Source of the DNA: a virus
Reading direction: 5' to 3' (one strand)
IMG/VR virus record: IMGVR_UViG_3300024182_000001
Span: 1 to 64,000 of that record
Length of the DNA: 64,000 nt
Part shown: positions 37,501-45,990 of the stretch, piece after piece
How positions within the stretch are numbered: position 1 is the first letter of the stretch
Layout: every line of letters starts with the position of its first letter
Translations under genes and position numbers: made by a program
The notes under the pieces: model-generated
Seen by the model: only the letters and a program-made list of their open reading frames with translations
Told to the model about the DNA's origin: nothing
The model's database searches: none

Positions 37501-37753
37501 AGTCTGAATATATACCTTCTACCCCAAAAGAAAAAGGGCCCCCTAAACCAAGACCCCTACCGCGCGCCAGGCGCTAAACCCACAGCCTCTTTAAGTTCTT
37601 CTAAACTCTCAGCTCCAAGCGGTTTCCACCACTTGCAGTCTCGGCCCTTCCAACCTGTTCGTAAACACCCGTCCCATGCGCCCTACGCGTTTTTGCCCCA
37701 ATAACAGTCTGCTTCGCGCTCGCAGCTTCCGTAGTTGTCGAGCAGATATTCTC

Positions 37754-37936
37754 TCACCTCAACCCCTTCAAAGTCTTCGCCAAATTCGCCTCTTTCCGAA
37801 CCTTCGGGCTCCCGCTCGACGCCGCCTTCTCGATTTTCTTCTCGGGGATCTTCTGCCCCTGTGGAACCCCCAGGCTCCGGTGCAAGCCACCCTTATTCTT
37901 AGTGGCTCCAGCGATCCAGTTCTTGGCCATCTCCAC
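37754..37936 (-). CDS. small basic hypothetical protein (60 aa)
   Basis: GTG start; sequence MEMAKNWIAGATKNKGGLHRSLGVPQGQKIP... Confidence 0.3.
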   Translation of the reverse strand: MEMAKNWIAGATKNKGGLHRSLGVPQGQKIPEKKIEKAASSGSPKVRKEANLAKTLKGLR

Positions 37937-37987
37937 ACTCCTTATAAGTAGCCTGGGAACAAGCGACGACGGGCTCTTACTACCATT

Positions 37988-38041
37988 GCTCTACCAGCTG
38001 AGCTACCGGCTTTCACCGGGTTGGACTCGAACCAACGACCC
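37988..38041 (-). other. tRNA-gene fragments: a T-arm plus acceptor 3' half next to a D-arm 5' fragment, not a functional tRNA
   Basis: On the minus strand, GGTCGTTGGTTCGAGTCCAACCCGGTGA (T-stem/loop plus 3' acceptor) is followed by GGTAGCTCAGCTGGTAGAGC (D-arm). No matching acceptor 5' strand or anticodon arm is present. Confidence 0.4.
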
Positions 38042-38097
38042 ACGGTTCCATTGCGAAGTATCCGTTGTCTACGCCACAGGCTATTTTCAGACTACCA

Positions 38098-38376
38098 CTA
38101 AACACTTACCCACGCAATCCGTATCGAATCGATTTCTCGAAATGCGACGGATGACCATCGGCCGAATTCGACGCGTTCAACCCTCTGCCGGCCGTAGGCA
38201 TCCCAACCTGTTACGAGATACGCAGCTGTTTCTGTTCTCGCTGGATCCGCTAAATTCCATGCCAAGTACAGCGGTGGATCCAACGCTCTGACCTTCATCA
38301 AACTCTCAACCCGCACAATAGCCGGAGCCGCGACTAAACCCGCCAGCCCGGTGATCAGCCCTCGTCTTGAGATCAT
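38098..38376 (-). CDS. hypothetical protein with a twin-arginine-like N-terminus (MISRRGLITGLAGLVAAPAI)
   Basis: ORF between the tRNA fragment and the recombinase gene. Confidence 0.3.
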   Translation of the reverse strand: MISRRGLITGLAGLVAAPAIVRVESLMKVRALDPPLYLAWNLADPARTETAAYLVTGWDAYGRQRVERVEFGRWSSVAFREIDSIRIAWVSV

Positions 38377-38384
38377 AGATCACC

Positions 38385-38642
38385 TCAGTTAGTCATCTGC
38401 GGATTTTCTTCTCGTCGCCGCTTGATCAAAGCATCTAGCTGCTCGATAAGCCATATCGATGTCTCGATCGTCATCTTGCAGTGTGCGATCAGGTGGTTCG
38501 GTTCATAGTAAACCCGGAGGTGGACCGCCTGACACGTAGGATCGTCGCAGGAGGTTACGGCGATGGTCTGGCCCATCACGACTTCCGGCGGTTCAAAATC
38601 TACTGACATTGCAAAACCCTGCCTACTTGCGAGCTGCTCCAT
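38385..38642 (-). CDS. hypothetical protein
   Basis: ORF; the start is uncertain. Confidence 0.3.
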   Translation of the reverse strand: MEQLASRQGFAMSVDFEPPEVVMGQTIAVTSCDDPTCQAVHLRVYYEPNHLIAHCKMTIETSIWLIEQLDALIKRRREENPQMTN

Positions 38643-39277
38643 CCCCCAACCCCGCGCGCGGTTGGAACCCCGCGCTGGGTGAGATCAGCAGCGATTTCCG
38701 TAAGGGATGGAACCCTGCCTCCTTTTCTCTCTATGATGTCTACGATCGTCGGGTACACATCCTTGGCTCTTGCCCGAGCCCGCTCCCTCACTACCCGCGC
38801 TCCCTCCAGCTGCGCCTCCCGGCTCACCACAACCCCCCGATTTCCTCCGAGCTTCACGCCTCGGGCCTTCGCCGCCGCCAGCGCCGCCTTGGTTCTCGCA
38901 CTTATAAGTCCAGCCTCCAGCTCCGCCACTGCCGCCATTTGCTGGAGCATAAACCGTCCCGTCGGCCCCTCGATCATCGGCAGATCGGCAAATCGCACCT
39001 CTACCCCAGCTTCCAGCAATCTCGATAAAAACGCCACGCTTCTCGTCAGCCGGTCCACCTTCGCGACCACCACCGGGATCCGATGGAGTCTCCCGACCGC
39101 CAGAGCCTTGTCCAGCTCTGGACGATCGCTTCGCTTGCCCGTCTCCACCTCGGTAAACTCTGAATGGATCCGACCGCCTCCGAGATACCCGAGCACCGCA
39201 GCCCTTTGCGCTTCGAGCCCGAGCCCGCTCAGCCCCTGCTTCTTAGTGCTGACCCTGTAATAAGCCACGAACTGCAT
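38600..39277 (-). CDS. small serine recombinase (resolvase/invertase family)
   Basis: The N-terminal AYYRVSTKKQ carries the catalytic Ser. A C-terminal HTH is present. The length of 225 aa is far too short for a large serine integrase. Confidence 0.8.
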   Translation of the reverse strand: MQFVAYYRVSTKKQGLSGLGLEAQRAAVLGYLGGGRIHSEFTEVETGKRSDRPELDKALAVGRLHRIPVVVAKVDRLTRSVAFLSRLLEAGVEVRFADLPMIEGPTGRFMLQQMAAVAELEAGLISARTKAALAAAKARGVKLGGNRGVVVSREAQLEGARVVRERARARAKDVYPTIVDIIERKGGRVPSLTEIAADLTQRGVPTARGVGGWSSSQVGRVLQCQ

Positions 39278-39335
39278 CTTCCATCTCCCTCTCTAGTCCA
39301 TAACAAGACTATCAACCCTACCCCTTCTTGTCAAG

Positions 39336-39365
39336 AAAAACCGCCCGGTGTTTCCACAGGGCGGT
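39336..39365 (-). terminator. rho-independent terminator (minus strand)
   Basis: On the minus strand, a CCGCCC-N12-GGGCGG hairpin followed by TTTTT, between the Ig-like gene and the recombinase gene. Confidence 0.5.
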
Positions 39366-39430
39366 AAGTTTCTAGGGAGGAAGTTGCCCTTCTCAGAGCC
39401 CCTCCCTTATGGCACGTCCAGACCTGGACC

Positions 39431-39748
39431 TCAAGCGTTAAGCGCTGCCGTCAAGTCTGCTACCGGGTTCGGCGCTGCGAGCGTAGCCGCTACTGTCACG
39501 GTTGCGGTATTACTTGCTGCCGACACGTGCCCGGTCGTATCCGTCACCACGACCGTGAAGGTATGGGTTCCGACCGTCAGAGCGTCGGTGGTGAAAGTCT
39601 GAACCCCACCCAGGACGCTGCCGATGGCACGCGATGGATCCGGAGCTGCGGTATCGAATATGTCGACGCGGGCGATATCGGATGGGGCAAGCGCCGATCC
39701 GTCGGTACGGCTTGTCGGGTCAGTCCACTTCAGGGTCGCAGTTGTCAT
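39431..39748 (-). CDS. Ig-like/FN3-like domain protein (105 aa)
   Basis: AGGAGA RBS. T/V/D-rich beta-strand pattern TDALTVGTHTFTVVVTDTTGHV. It is the last gene of the island operon. Confidence 0.45.
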   Translation of the reverse strand: MTTATLKWTDPTSRTDGSALAPSDIARVDIFDTAAPDPSRAIGSVLGGVQTFTTDALTVGTHTFTVVVTDTTGHVSAASNTATVTVAATLAAPNPVADLTAALNA

Positions 39749-39910
39749 ACAGTGTCTCCTGTGGAGTTGGGCGCGCAGATGCCGCGCAGGCCGCGGTGGC
39801 GCACGACGGTGGTGCTTGTGGTGATGGTGTCGCATCGCTTTTCATATAGGGTGGGATTGTGACGGCGCTATTGCTTACCGCGTGTCATGAACCACATCTC
39901 GCAAAGAGCC

Positions 39911-39924
39911 ATCACGCACGTGAT
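39911..39924. promoter_or_regulatory. palindromic site ATCACGCACGTGAT (14-bp variant)
   Basis: Same half-sites as the operator family; it lies between the island biosynthetic operon and the Ig-like gene. Confidence 0.4.
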
Positions 39925-39959
39925 AGTTCCAGCGACCATAAGAAGAAATTGTGATTCGG

Positions 39960-40139
39960 TCATGGCACCCTCATGAATGGATAAGCTTCCTGGCAATGTT
40001 CGGCGCAGTAGGCCGCGCGTGCTCCTTGCCTCTGCAGCGCCGGCTTCCCGCAGAACAGATGCCGGTACTCGTCTTCACCCGTCGGGTACCTGCATCCGCT
40101 CTCGGGTACCTCCCAGATGGGAATTCCTTCATTTTCCAT
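39960..40139 (-). CDS. small Cys/His-containing protein (59 aa, zinc-binding candidate)
   Basis: My own translation gives MENEGIPIWEVPESGCRYPTGEDEYRHLFCGKPALQRQGARAAYCAEHCQEAYPFMRVP. It overlaps the PseI stop by 11 nt. Confidence 0.3.
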   Translation of the reverse strand: MENEGIPIWEVPESGCRYPTGEDEYRHLFCGKPALQRQGARAAYCAEHCQEAYPFMRVP

Positions 40140-41208
40140 CAGCGTTCTCCATCGGGCGAAGTACGCGCTCGAACATTTCCAGCTTTAATGGCTCTCCACG
40201 CTCGATATCACGCGTGGCTTTATTCCCTACAATCTTGTCGATCGTATCCGGCGGCCAGCCGTGCCCCGGCCGGATGCTTCTCACATTCTCGTAGCTGAAT
40301 ACTTCCCCTTTCTTGATATCCTGCACGACGAACAGCGAGCGTCGATACGCTTTATGCACGCTCTCGGTCGTCACTTCCTCACTCTCTTGCATCGCCGACC
40401 ACGTCTCGTAGACCGCCTTGACCATCCGGGCGAACGCCGCCGGCTGCAAACTAAAAGCCTCATCCTCGCTATTCACACCCTCCAGTCTGAAATGCTTCTC
40501 GACCATGCACGCCCCAAGCGCTGTCGCAGCAATTGGAACCTCAAGCCCGAGCGTATGGTCTGACACGCCGTAGAGCGGGGAGTATCTCCGCATCTTGCCG
40601 AGGTTATAATCGCTTGTCTTGGCGGGGTATCCGGAGACGCAGTGGAGCACCACAGGTCCTGTCCCTACATCGCCCAGCCAACTTCCATCCGCGTACACGT
40701 TCGCCACGGCCCCGAGCGCTTTCAGTATGTCGTGCTGGTTCGCCATCCCGGTGGATAAAATAACGGGCTTCCCGGTTCGCGCCGCGTACCTGATCAGTGG
40801 GATATCCGTGATCTCGAACGAGGCAATCTTATATGCCGGGCACTTCAGCTTTTCCAGCATGTCGACGCTCGACGGGTCAAAAACGGAGGCAAACCACTCG
40901 ATCCCTATTGCCTTGGCATGCTCGGCGATCCAGGGGAACCACTCGAACGGCGTCTCACACTTCTTATACAGGTCCCACAGCCGCTTCCCCTTCCAGGGCC
41001 CATCCTTGATAAAAAACTCGTCCCGATCGCAATTCAGCGTGATCGTCTCGGCCGTATATGCCTGCAATTTACAAGCATCGGCTCCGCTCCGCTTGGCGGC
41101 TTCCATCGTTTCCAGGCACCGGTCCAAGCTCCCCATATGGTTCGCGCCTATCTCACAAACGATATAGGGGGCTTCCCCGCCTCCGATTTCTCTACTTCCG
41201 ATTTTCAC
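40129..41208 (-). CDS. pseI: pseudaminic/N-acetylneuraminic acid synthase family protein (NeuB/PseI-like, with SAF domain)
   Basis: N-terminus IGGGEAPYIVCEIGANHMGSLDRCLETMEAAKRSGADACKLQ. The family identification is confident; the exact sugar product is inferred. Confidence 0.8.
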   Translation of the reverse strand: MKIGSREIGGGEAPYIVCEIGANHMGSLDRCLETMEAAKRSGADACKLQAYTAETITLNCDRDEFFIKDGPWKGKRLWDLYKKCETPFEWFPWIAEHAKAIGIEWFASVFDPSSVDMLEKLKCPAYKIASFEITDIPLIRYAARTGKPVILSTGMANQHDILKALGAVANVYADGSWLGDVGTGPVVLHCVSGYPAKTSDYNLGKMRRYSPLYGVSDHTLGLEVPIAATALGACMVEKHFRLEGVNSEDEAFSLQPAAFARMVKAVYETWSAMQESEEVTTESVHKAYRRSLFVVQDIKKGEVFSYENVRSIRPGHGWPPDTIDKIVGNKATRDIERGEPLKLEMFERVLRPMENADGK

Positions 41209-41446
41209 TCAGTACCTCCCTTGGATCATACGTCCCGTTTGTATCTGGTATCCAGCCGGGGCACGTCATGAGCCCGTCGACATACCACACGGCTCCTTCC
41301 TTCTTATGGTCCCGGAAGCACTTGCCTGTGGTCTCGTCTTCTCCCGAGAACGTTTTGAACGAATAGTATCCACACATCCAGCATCGGTGTGGATCATCCT
41401 TGGTCGTAAGCTTCGCATCCGGCGGTGCGGCGTCGAAGATGCTCAT
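41192..41446 (-). CDS. small Cys-containing hypothetical protein (84 aa)
   Basis: ATGA-coupled to the PseC stop. Start chosen at MSIFDAAPPD. Confidence 0.35.
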   Translation of the reverse strand: MSIFDAAPPDAKLTTKDDPHRCWMCGYYSFKTFSGEDETTGKCFRDHKKEGAVWYVDGLMTCPGWIPDTNGTYDPREVLSENRK

Positions 41447-42585
41447 AGCTTCATCTCCTCCGCTACTTTCTTGAAAGCGTTTCCGATCTGCTTGATCTGT
41501 TCTCGCGTTGGCGACCACGCGCAATTCTCGAACAAAAAGAGCCTGCGGTCGTGAAGGTCTTCTGCCACCGGGCACTCTCTTGCATACTTCGAGAACGCCG
41601 GCAGCCGGTACAGCGGCGCCACATATCCCTGGCTCACCGGCACGCCTTCCATGAACAGCCGGCTGGTGAACTCGGCCCGCGCTCCTGACGTTTCGTTCTT
41701 CATGAGAAACGGGATGGCATAATAAACATGCTTGCATCCTTCCCGCACCGCGGGCCCTCGTATTCCAGGAATATCCCCGATCGCCTCGATGATCGCTTCT
41801 GCTTGCTCGATCCTTCCGCCAATCAGCTCGTCCGCCCTTTGGAGCTGCGAGAGCGCAATGGCCGCGGATACCTCGGTAAGTCGGAGGTTGAGGCCAATAG
41901 CCTTTCCCGCCATCTCCCCATGGTTAACGAATCTCCGTATTTTTTCCGCAAGCTCGTCGTTATCCGTGACGCATATACCTCCCTCACCACATTGCAAATG
42001 CTTATGTACGTTGAGGCTGAAAACTCCGATGTCTCCGAATGTTCCGGCATATTCACCTCGCTCCATTGCAAAGGGGGATTGGGAATTGTCTTCGATCACC
42101 GTGATATAGTTGGGTAGTTGTATCATTAAATCCTGTACTGCGGATGGATGCCCGAACAAGTTTGTTATTATAAGAGTTTGGCACCTATCTTCGTTGAAGT
42201 CGATATCGGCTGCGTGCTCAGGATTCATACAGAAGGTTGCATCTTCCACGTCAATAAAATGGGGACGGGATCCGGTGAACATTGGGGCTGCGACAGTAGC
42301 CGACATGGTGTAAGGTGAGACGGCAAACCTATTGAAGGTGGAAAGCCCGACCGCAAACGCCGCCGCCAGCAGCCCCGACGTTGCCGAATTGCATGCAACG
42401 GCGTGTTTGACGTCAAATCGCGCAGCCCACTTTTCCTCCAATTCGCAGACGTAATATCCATTCGATCTCAGCTTGCCGCCGATAAAGCCTGACAGGGTAT
42501 GACCACGCAGCATATTGTACGCGTTATATTTATCGGCGTGACTAACAGCTTCGTACGGCGCAATAGCCCCTTTCACTTCCGGCAT
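41443..42585 (-). CDS. pseC: DegT/DnrJ/EryC1-family PLP aminotransferase (PseC-like sugar aminotransferase)
   Basis: 380 aa of the DegT family, co-operonic with PseB- and PseI-like genes. Confidence 0.8.
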   Translation of the reverse strand: MPEVKGAIAPYEAVSHADKYNAYNMLRGHTLSGFIGGKLRSNGYYVCELEEKWAARFDVKHAVACNSATSGLLAAAFAVGLSTFNRFAVSPYTMSATVAAPMFTGSRPHFIDVEDATFCMNPEHAADIDFNEDRCQTLIITNLFGHPSAVQDLMIQLPNYITVIEDNSQSPFAMERGEYAGTFGDIGVFSLNVHKHLQCGEGGICVTDNDELAEKIRRFVNHGEMAGKAIGLNLRLTEVSAAIALSQLQRADELIGGRIEQAEAIIEAIGDIPGIRGPAVREGCKHVYYAIPFLMKNETSGARAEFTSRLFMEGVPVSQGYVAPLYRLPAFSKYARECPVAEDLHDRRLFLFENCAWSPTREQIKQIGNAFKKVAEEMKL

Positions 42586-43463
42586 AATTCCTCCCTCAAT
42601 TCCTCAACCGACATTCTTCGTGCGTCTTTGCTGCAGTTTGTTTCGTCCATGCTTTCGTGCAGCTTTTCCCAGCGCGGCAACCCGATTACGCGCATCTGCG
42701 CTTGGAATGCCTCAACGAGATCGCCCAGCCGATAGGCCGGCAACCGCGGGATTGCCAGTTCGCCACCTCGCATATCCTTGGCGGTATTGAGCACAAGGTC
42801 GACGGCTTGCTCCATCCGCATGAAGAAGCGCGTGCAGTTGGGATCGGTGACGTTGAGCCACGCGGGGTTCGGGTAGTACTTCTCGCATTCGGCTTTCCAC
42901 AATGGAACCACTGATCCTGTGGAACCCCAGACGTTGCCGTACCGGCAGACTGCAAACCGTGGGCCCTCTGCCCCGGTCGTATTATTTGCCGCGAGAAACA
43001 ACGACTCCATCATCGCTTTGCTGCACCCATATGGCGAGATTGGCTGGAACGCCTTGTCGCTCGATACTCCCACCACTTTCCTGACGCCTGCGTCTTGCGC
43101 CGCTTCTACCACGTTCATGGCCCCGAACACGTTGGTCTTCACCATCTCGATCGGGTTGTAGTGTCCCACCTCGATCCGCTTAAGCGCCGCGGCGTGGATC
43201 ACCACGTCGATACCGCGCATGGCGCGCACCAGTCGATCTCGATCCCGCACGTCGCCGATGAAGAAGCGTAACCGCTTATGTGGATCTAACCCTGCAAGCT
43301 CTTGGGACATCTGGTGCTGGCGGAATTCGTTGCGCGAGAATATGACTATCTTGCTAATATTTTCATATAAGGCGAGCGACGCGAAACGCGTAGTTTCTAG
43401 TAGCTGCTTCGCCAGCGCGGTTCCAAGCGCCCCTGAGCCTCCGGTTATTAAATACGACGTCAC
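42573..43463 (-). CDS. pseB: UDP-GlcNAc 4,6-dehydratase of the PseB/FlaA1/CapD type (short-chain dehydrogenase)
   Basis: ITGGSGALG Rossmann motif. Segments KIVIFSRNEFRQHQM, RFFIGDVRD and HAAALKRIE resemble PseB. Confidence 0.8.
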   Translation of the reverse strand: MTSYLITGGSGALGTALAKQLLETTRFASLALYENISKIVIFSRNEFRQHQMSQELAGLDPHKRLRFFIGDVRDRDRLVRAMRGIDVVIHAAALKRIEVGHYNPIEMVKTNVFGAMNVVEAAQDAGVRKVVGVSSDKAFQPISPYGCSKAMMESLFLAANNTTGAEGPRFAVCRYGNVWGSTGSVVPLWKAECEKYYPNPAWLNVTDPNCTRFFMRMEQAVDLVLNTAKDMRGGELAIPRLPAYRLGDLVEAFQAQMRVIGLPRWEKLHESMDETNCSKDARRMSVEELREELCRK

Positions 43464-45481
43464 GCTCTCACCATCGGTTCAACGCTTCCCCCTTCCAACC
43501 TCTTTTCCACGTCCCCCTTCCTTACCGCTTCCTCGATCACGCCCAGGGTGTGGTCGTACGATTTCAGCACGCGCTTGATCTCGCTCATTCCATGCGCCGC
43601 GCAAATGTTGTGTGAAGCGATGATCAGCGTCCCGGTCGCGATCATTTCCTTCCGGAATAGCGCGGCGATGGAACCGGCGGCAGGCATGCTTGTGTGATCC
43701 TTGAACTTCAGTCGAATGAGTGGCTCTGCACCATACAGCGAGATGTATTCAGTGAGTTCGGCGTCTTCTATTTTCAGGGCTACTTGTGCGCCAAGGTCTG
43801 CGCCTTTGAACCATAATCCGTCGATCACATTATCTCGCTCCAGCTTCTTGATCGTCGCAATCCCGGCCGCCAGGCTTAAAGCCTCTCCGAAGAACGTTCC
43901 GGAATAGAAGATATTATCTGGCGGCTCCATCCGCTTCATAATATCCCTTCGGCCGACGATTGCCGACAGCGGCATCCCGTTGGCCATCGCCTTGCCGAAG
44001 CACGCGAGATCGGGTGTCACGCCATAGAGCTTTTGCGCTCCTCCTAGGTCGAAGCGGAAGCCGGTTATGACTTCGTCGAATATAAGGACGGTGCCGGTCT
44101 CGTCGCAGTATTCGCGCAACGATTTCAGATAAGCTGGATTGCTTTCTGGTTCGACGATAACAGCGGCAAACCGTTCGATACCTGCGAGCCAGGGGTTCCA
44201 TCCAAAAGCTTCGCGCCTGCTGAATACCTGTATTCCTCCTGGGATGCCGATAGTTCGCTCGCAACTCCAGTCTGCCCACCCGTGGTACCCTCCGCATATA
44301 AGTACCCGGTTCCTGCCGGTATAAGCCCGCGCCAACCGCACCGCGCACGTGGTTGCATCCGTCCCGGTCTTGCCGAAGCGCACCATCTCGGCGCAAGGGA
44401 TCAGTCTTACCAGAAGTTCGGCTAATTCAGCTTCGAGTTCGGTGGCAAGGGAAAATGAGATGCCTCGGGAGAGTTGATCTCGGATTGCTCCATCGACGTT
44501 AGGATCACAGTAGCCCAGGATGTTTGGGAGCAGGCCGGACACAAGATCAGTGTATGAGTTACCGTTGACATCCCAGACTGTTCCTCCTTGCCCGTGGGTG
44601 AGGAAGAGTGGGGAGGGTTGGGGGAATTGGAGTTTTGACTTGCTGAATGTTTGTGTGCCCAGCGGAATGACAGCTTCAGCGCTTCCCAAAAGACTTTGGG
44701 AGCGATCATAGCTGCGGCGATATACGGGCTCCTCCACCAACGCATCGTAATACCTCTGATTTATTTCGTGATCAGTATTCAGTTTTCGCAGCGCCGGGCT
44801 TTTGTCCAGAATATCGAGGATAGCCAGTTGTGACGGCGGCCCTTTTTCCCACGGCCAGTTGGTGGCGATTGCCTTGCAGAATTCGTAATCTGCCGCAGTG
44901 TCGAGAACGTATCTTTCTTTATGTTGGTTTGAAATAGGGTTGATAATGGTTCTGGCGGAAAACCGCGACTGGTTGGCCTGTATCCACGTCGTTACGCATT
45001 CCCGATCGATGGGGCGGATGGCTTCTTTGTCGGCGGCACGTAGCGCGTCGATCGTAACCGCCTCACAATCTTGCCCGTCAGCGAAGGTGCGCGGGCTGAC
45101 ATTGCTAGCGTAATCGCAGCCAGTATCTTTTTGGAGCCTGACGACTTCCCCGATAATATTTGGATCAATTAGCGGACAGTCACAGGTGACCCTTATTGCA
45201 ACACTGGCGTTTGCCGCTTCGGCAGCACCGAGAAAGCGAGAGAGCACATCGGTCTCCGAGCCGCGGAAGACATTGACAGCGTGACTGTGGCACCAATCTT
45301 CAACAGTGTCGTCTGCAGGCAGCGTAGACGTAGCGATCCATACTTCATCCACTCCGATTGCAGCTTTCGCGGCGCGCGTAACCCATGCTATGACGGGCTG
45401 GCCGCCAAGATCCATCATCACTTTCCCCCTGAGCCGCGTAGACCCCATTCGGGCAATGCCGATAAAAACTGTTTTCACCAT
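43460..45481 (-). CDS. bifunctional protein: N-terminal cytidylyltransferase (CMP-nonulosonate synthetase/SpsF-like) fused to a class-III (GSA-aminomutase-like) aminotransferase
   Basis: N-terminus VFIGIARMGSTRLRGKVM. C-terminal DEVITGFR, FGKAMANGMP (Lys) and SGTFFGEALS motifs are typical of PLP class-III aminotransferases. Confidence 0.7.
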   Translation of the reverse strand: MVKTVFIGIARMGSTRLRGKVMMDLGGQPVIAWVTRAAKAAIGVDEVWIATSTLPADDTVEDWCHSHAVNVFRGSETDVLSRFLGAAEAANASVAIRVTCDCPLIDPNIIGEVVRLQKDTGCDYASNVSPRTFADGQDCEAVTIDALRAADKEAIRPIDRECVTTWIQANQSRFSARTIINPISNQHKERYVLDTAADYEFCKAIATNWPWEKGPPSQLAILDILDKSPALRKLNTDHEINQRYYDALVEEPVYRRSYDRSQSLLGSAEAVIPLGTQTFSKSKLQFPQPSPLFLTHGQGGTVWDVNGNSYTDLVSGLLPNILGYCDPNVDGAIRDQLSRGISFSLATELEAELAELLVRLIPCAEMVRFGKTGTDATTCAVRLARAYTGRNRVLICGGYHGWADWSCERTIGIPGGIQVFSRREAFGWNPWLAGIERFAAVIVEPESNPAYLKSLREYCDETGTVLIFDEVITGFRFDLGGAQKLYGVTPDLACFGKAMANGMPLSAIVGRRDIMKRMEPPDNIFYSGTFFGEALSLAAGIATIKKLERDNVIDGLWFKGADLGAQVALKIEDAELTEYISLYGAEPLIRLKFKDHTSMPAAGSIAALFRKEMIATGTLIIASHNICAAHGMSEIKRVLKSYDHTLGVIEEAVRKGDVEKRLEGGSVEPMVRA

Positions 45482-45990
45482 CGTGCAAATTCTCCATGAT
45501 ATTTTTTAGCGGCTTTTTGGTATGCTGTGGCTGCGTCGCTGATGTTGTTAAAATAGCCTAAAAATTTGCGCTGTTTATTGGTTGTTATTTGTGCCAGCCA
45601 TTTTTTCATATCCGGATGCCAGCATACGCCTTTAACGCCGCTTGTGTTTCGGATCGATGGTTTTTTATTATATGTATTTTGAGGCCGCGTGGCATCTCGC
45701 AGATTGGAAATTCGGTTGTCACTTCTATTTAAATTTCTATGATCTAGATCATTGATAGGCCAGCGACCACGTTCGTAGAACCAAGCTACTCTAGCAGCTT
45801 GAAAAAGCGTACCATCAACTCTTATCTGTATGTATCCGTCAGCTTTTAGGGAGCCGGCTACGTCACCTGTTTTACTGTTTCCGCGTGATATAAGGCGCGT
45901 AAATACGCCGGTGGCACGATCATAGTGAAGTACTTCTAAAAGCCGCGCGTGGAGTAGTTGCTTTTCTTTTTTCCTGTTTATTGCGGTCAT
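45475..45990 (-). CDS. HNH-AP2 homing endonuclease
   Basis: HNH_3 motifs in ARVAWFYERGRWP and DLDHRNLNRSDNRISNLR. AP2 DNA-binding domain in GVKGVCWHPDMKKWLAQITTNKQRKFLGYF. ATGA-coupled at both ends within the operon. Confidence 0.75.
   Translation of the reverse strand: MTAINRKKEKQLLHARLLEVLHYDRATGVFTRLISRGNSKTGDVAGSLKADGYIQIRVDGTLFQAARVAWFYERGRWPINDLDHRNLNRSDNRISNLRDATRPQNTYNKKPSIRNTSGVKGVCWHPDMKKWLAQITTNKQRKFLGYFNNISDAATAYQKAAKKYHGEFARW

Noticed and set aside
37988-38041. Possible intact tRNA gene
   Set aside because: No 5' acceptor strand complementary to CCGGTGA could be built, and no anticodon arm. The T-arm half precedes the D-arm fragment, so these are only fragments.
38600-39277. 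Large serine integrase (prophage integrase)
   Set aside because: At 225 aa it has only the catalytic domain plus an HTH, which is the resolvase/invertase class. The large C-terminal recombinase and zinc-ribbon domains of serine integrases are absent.
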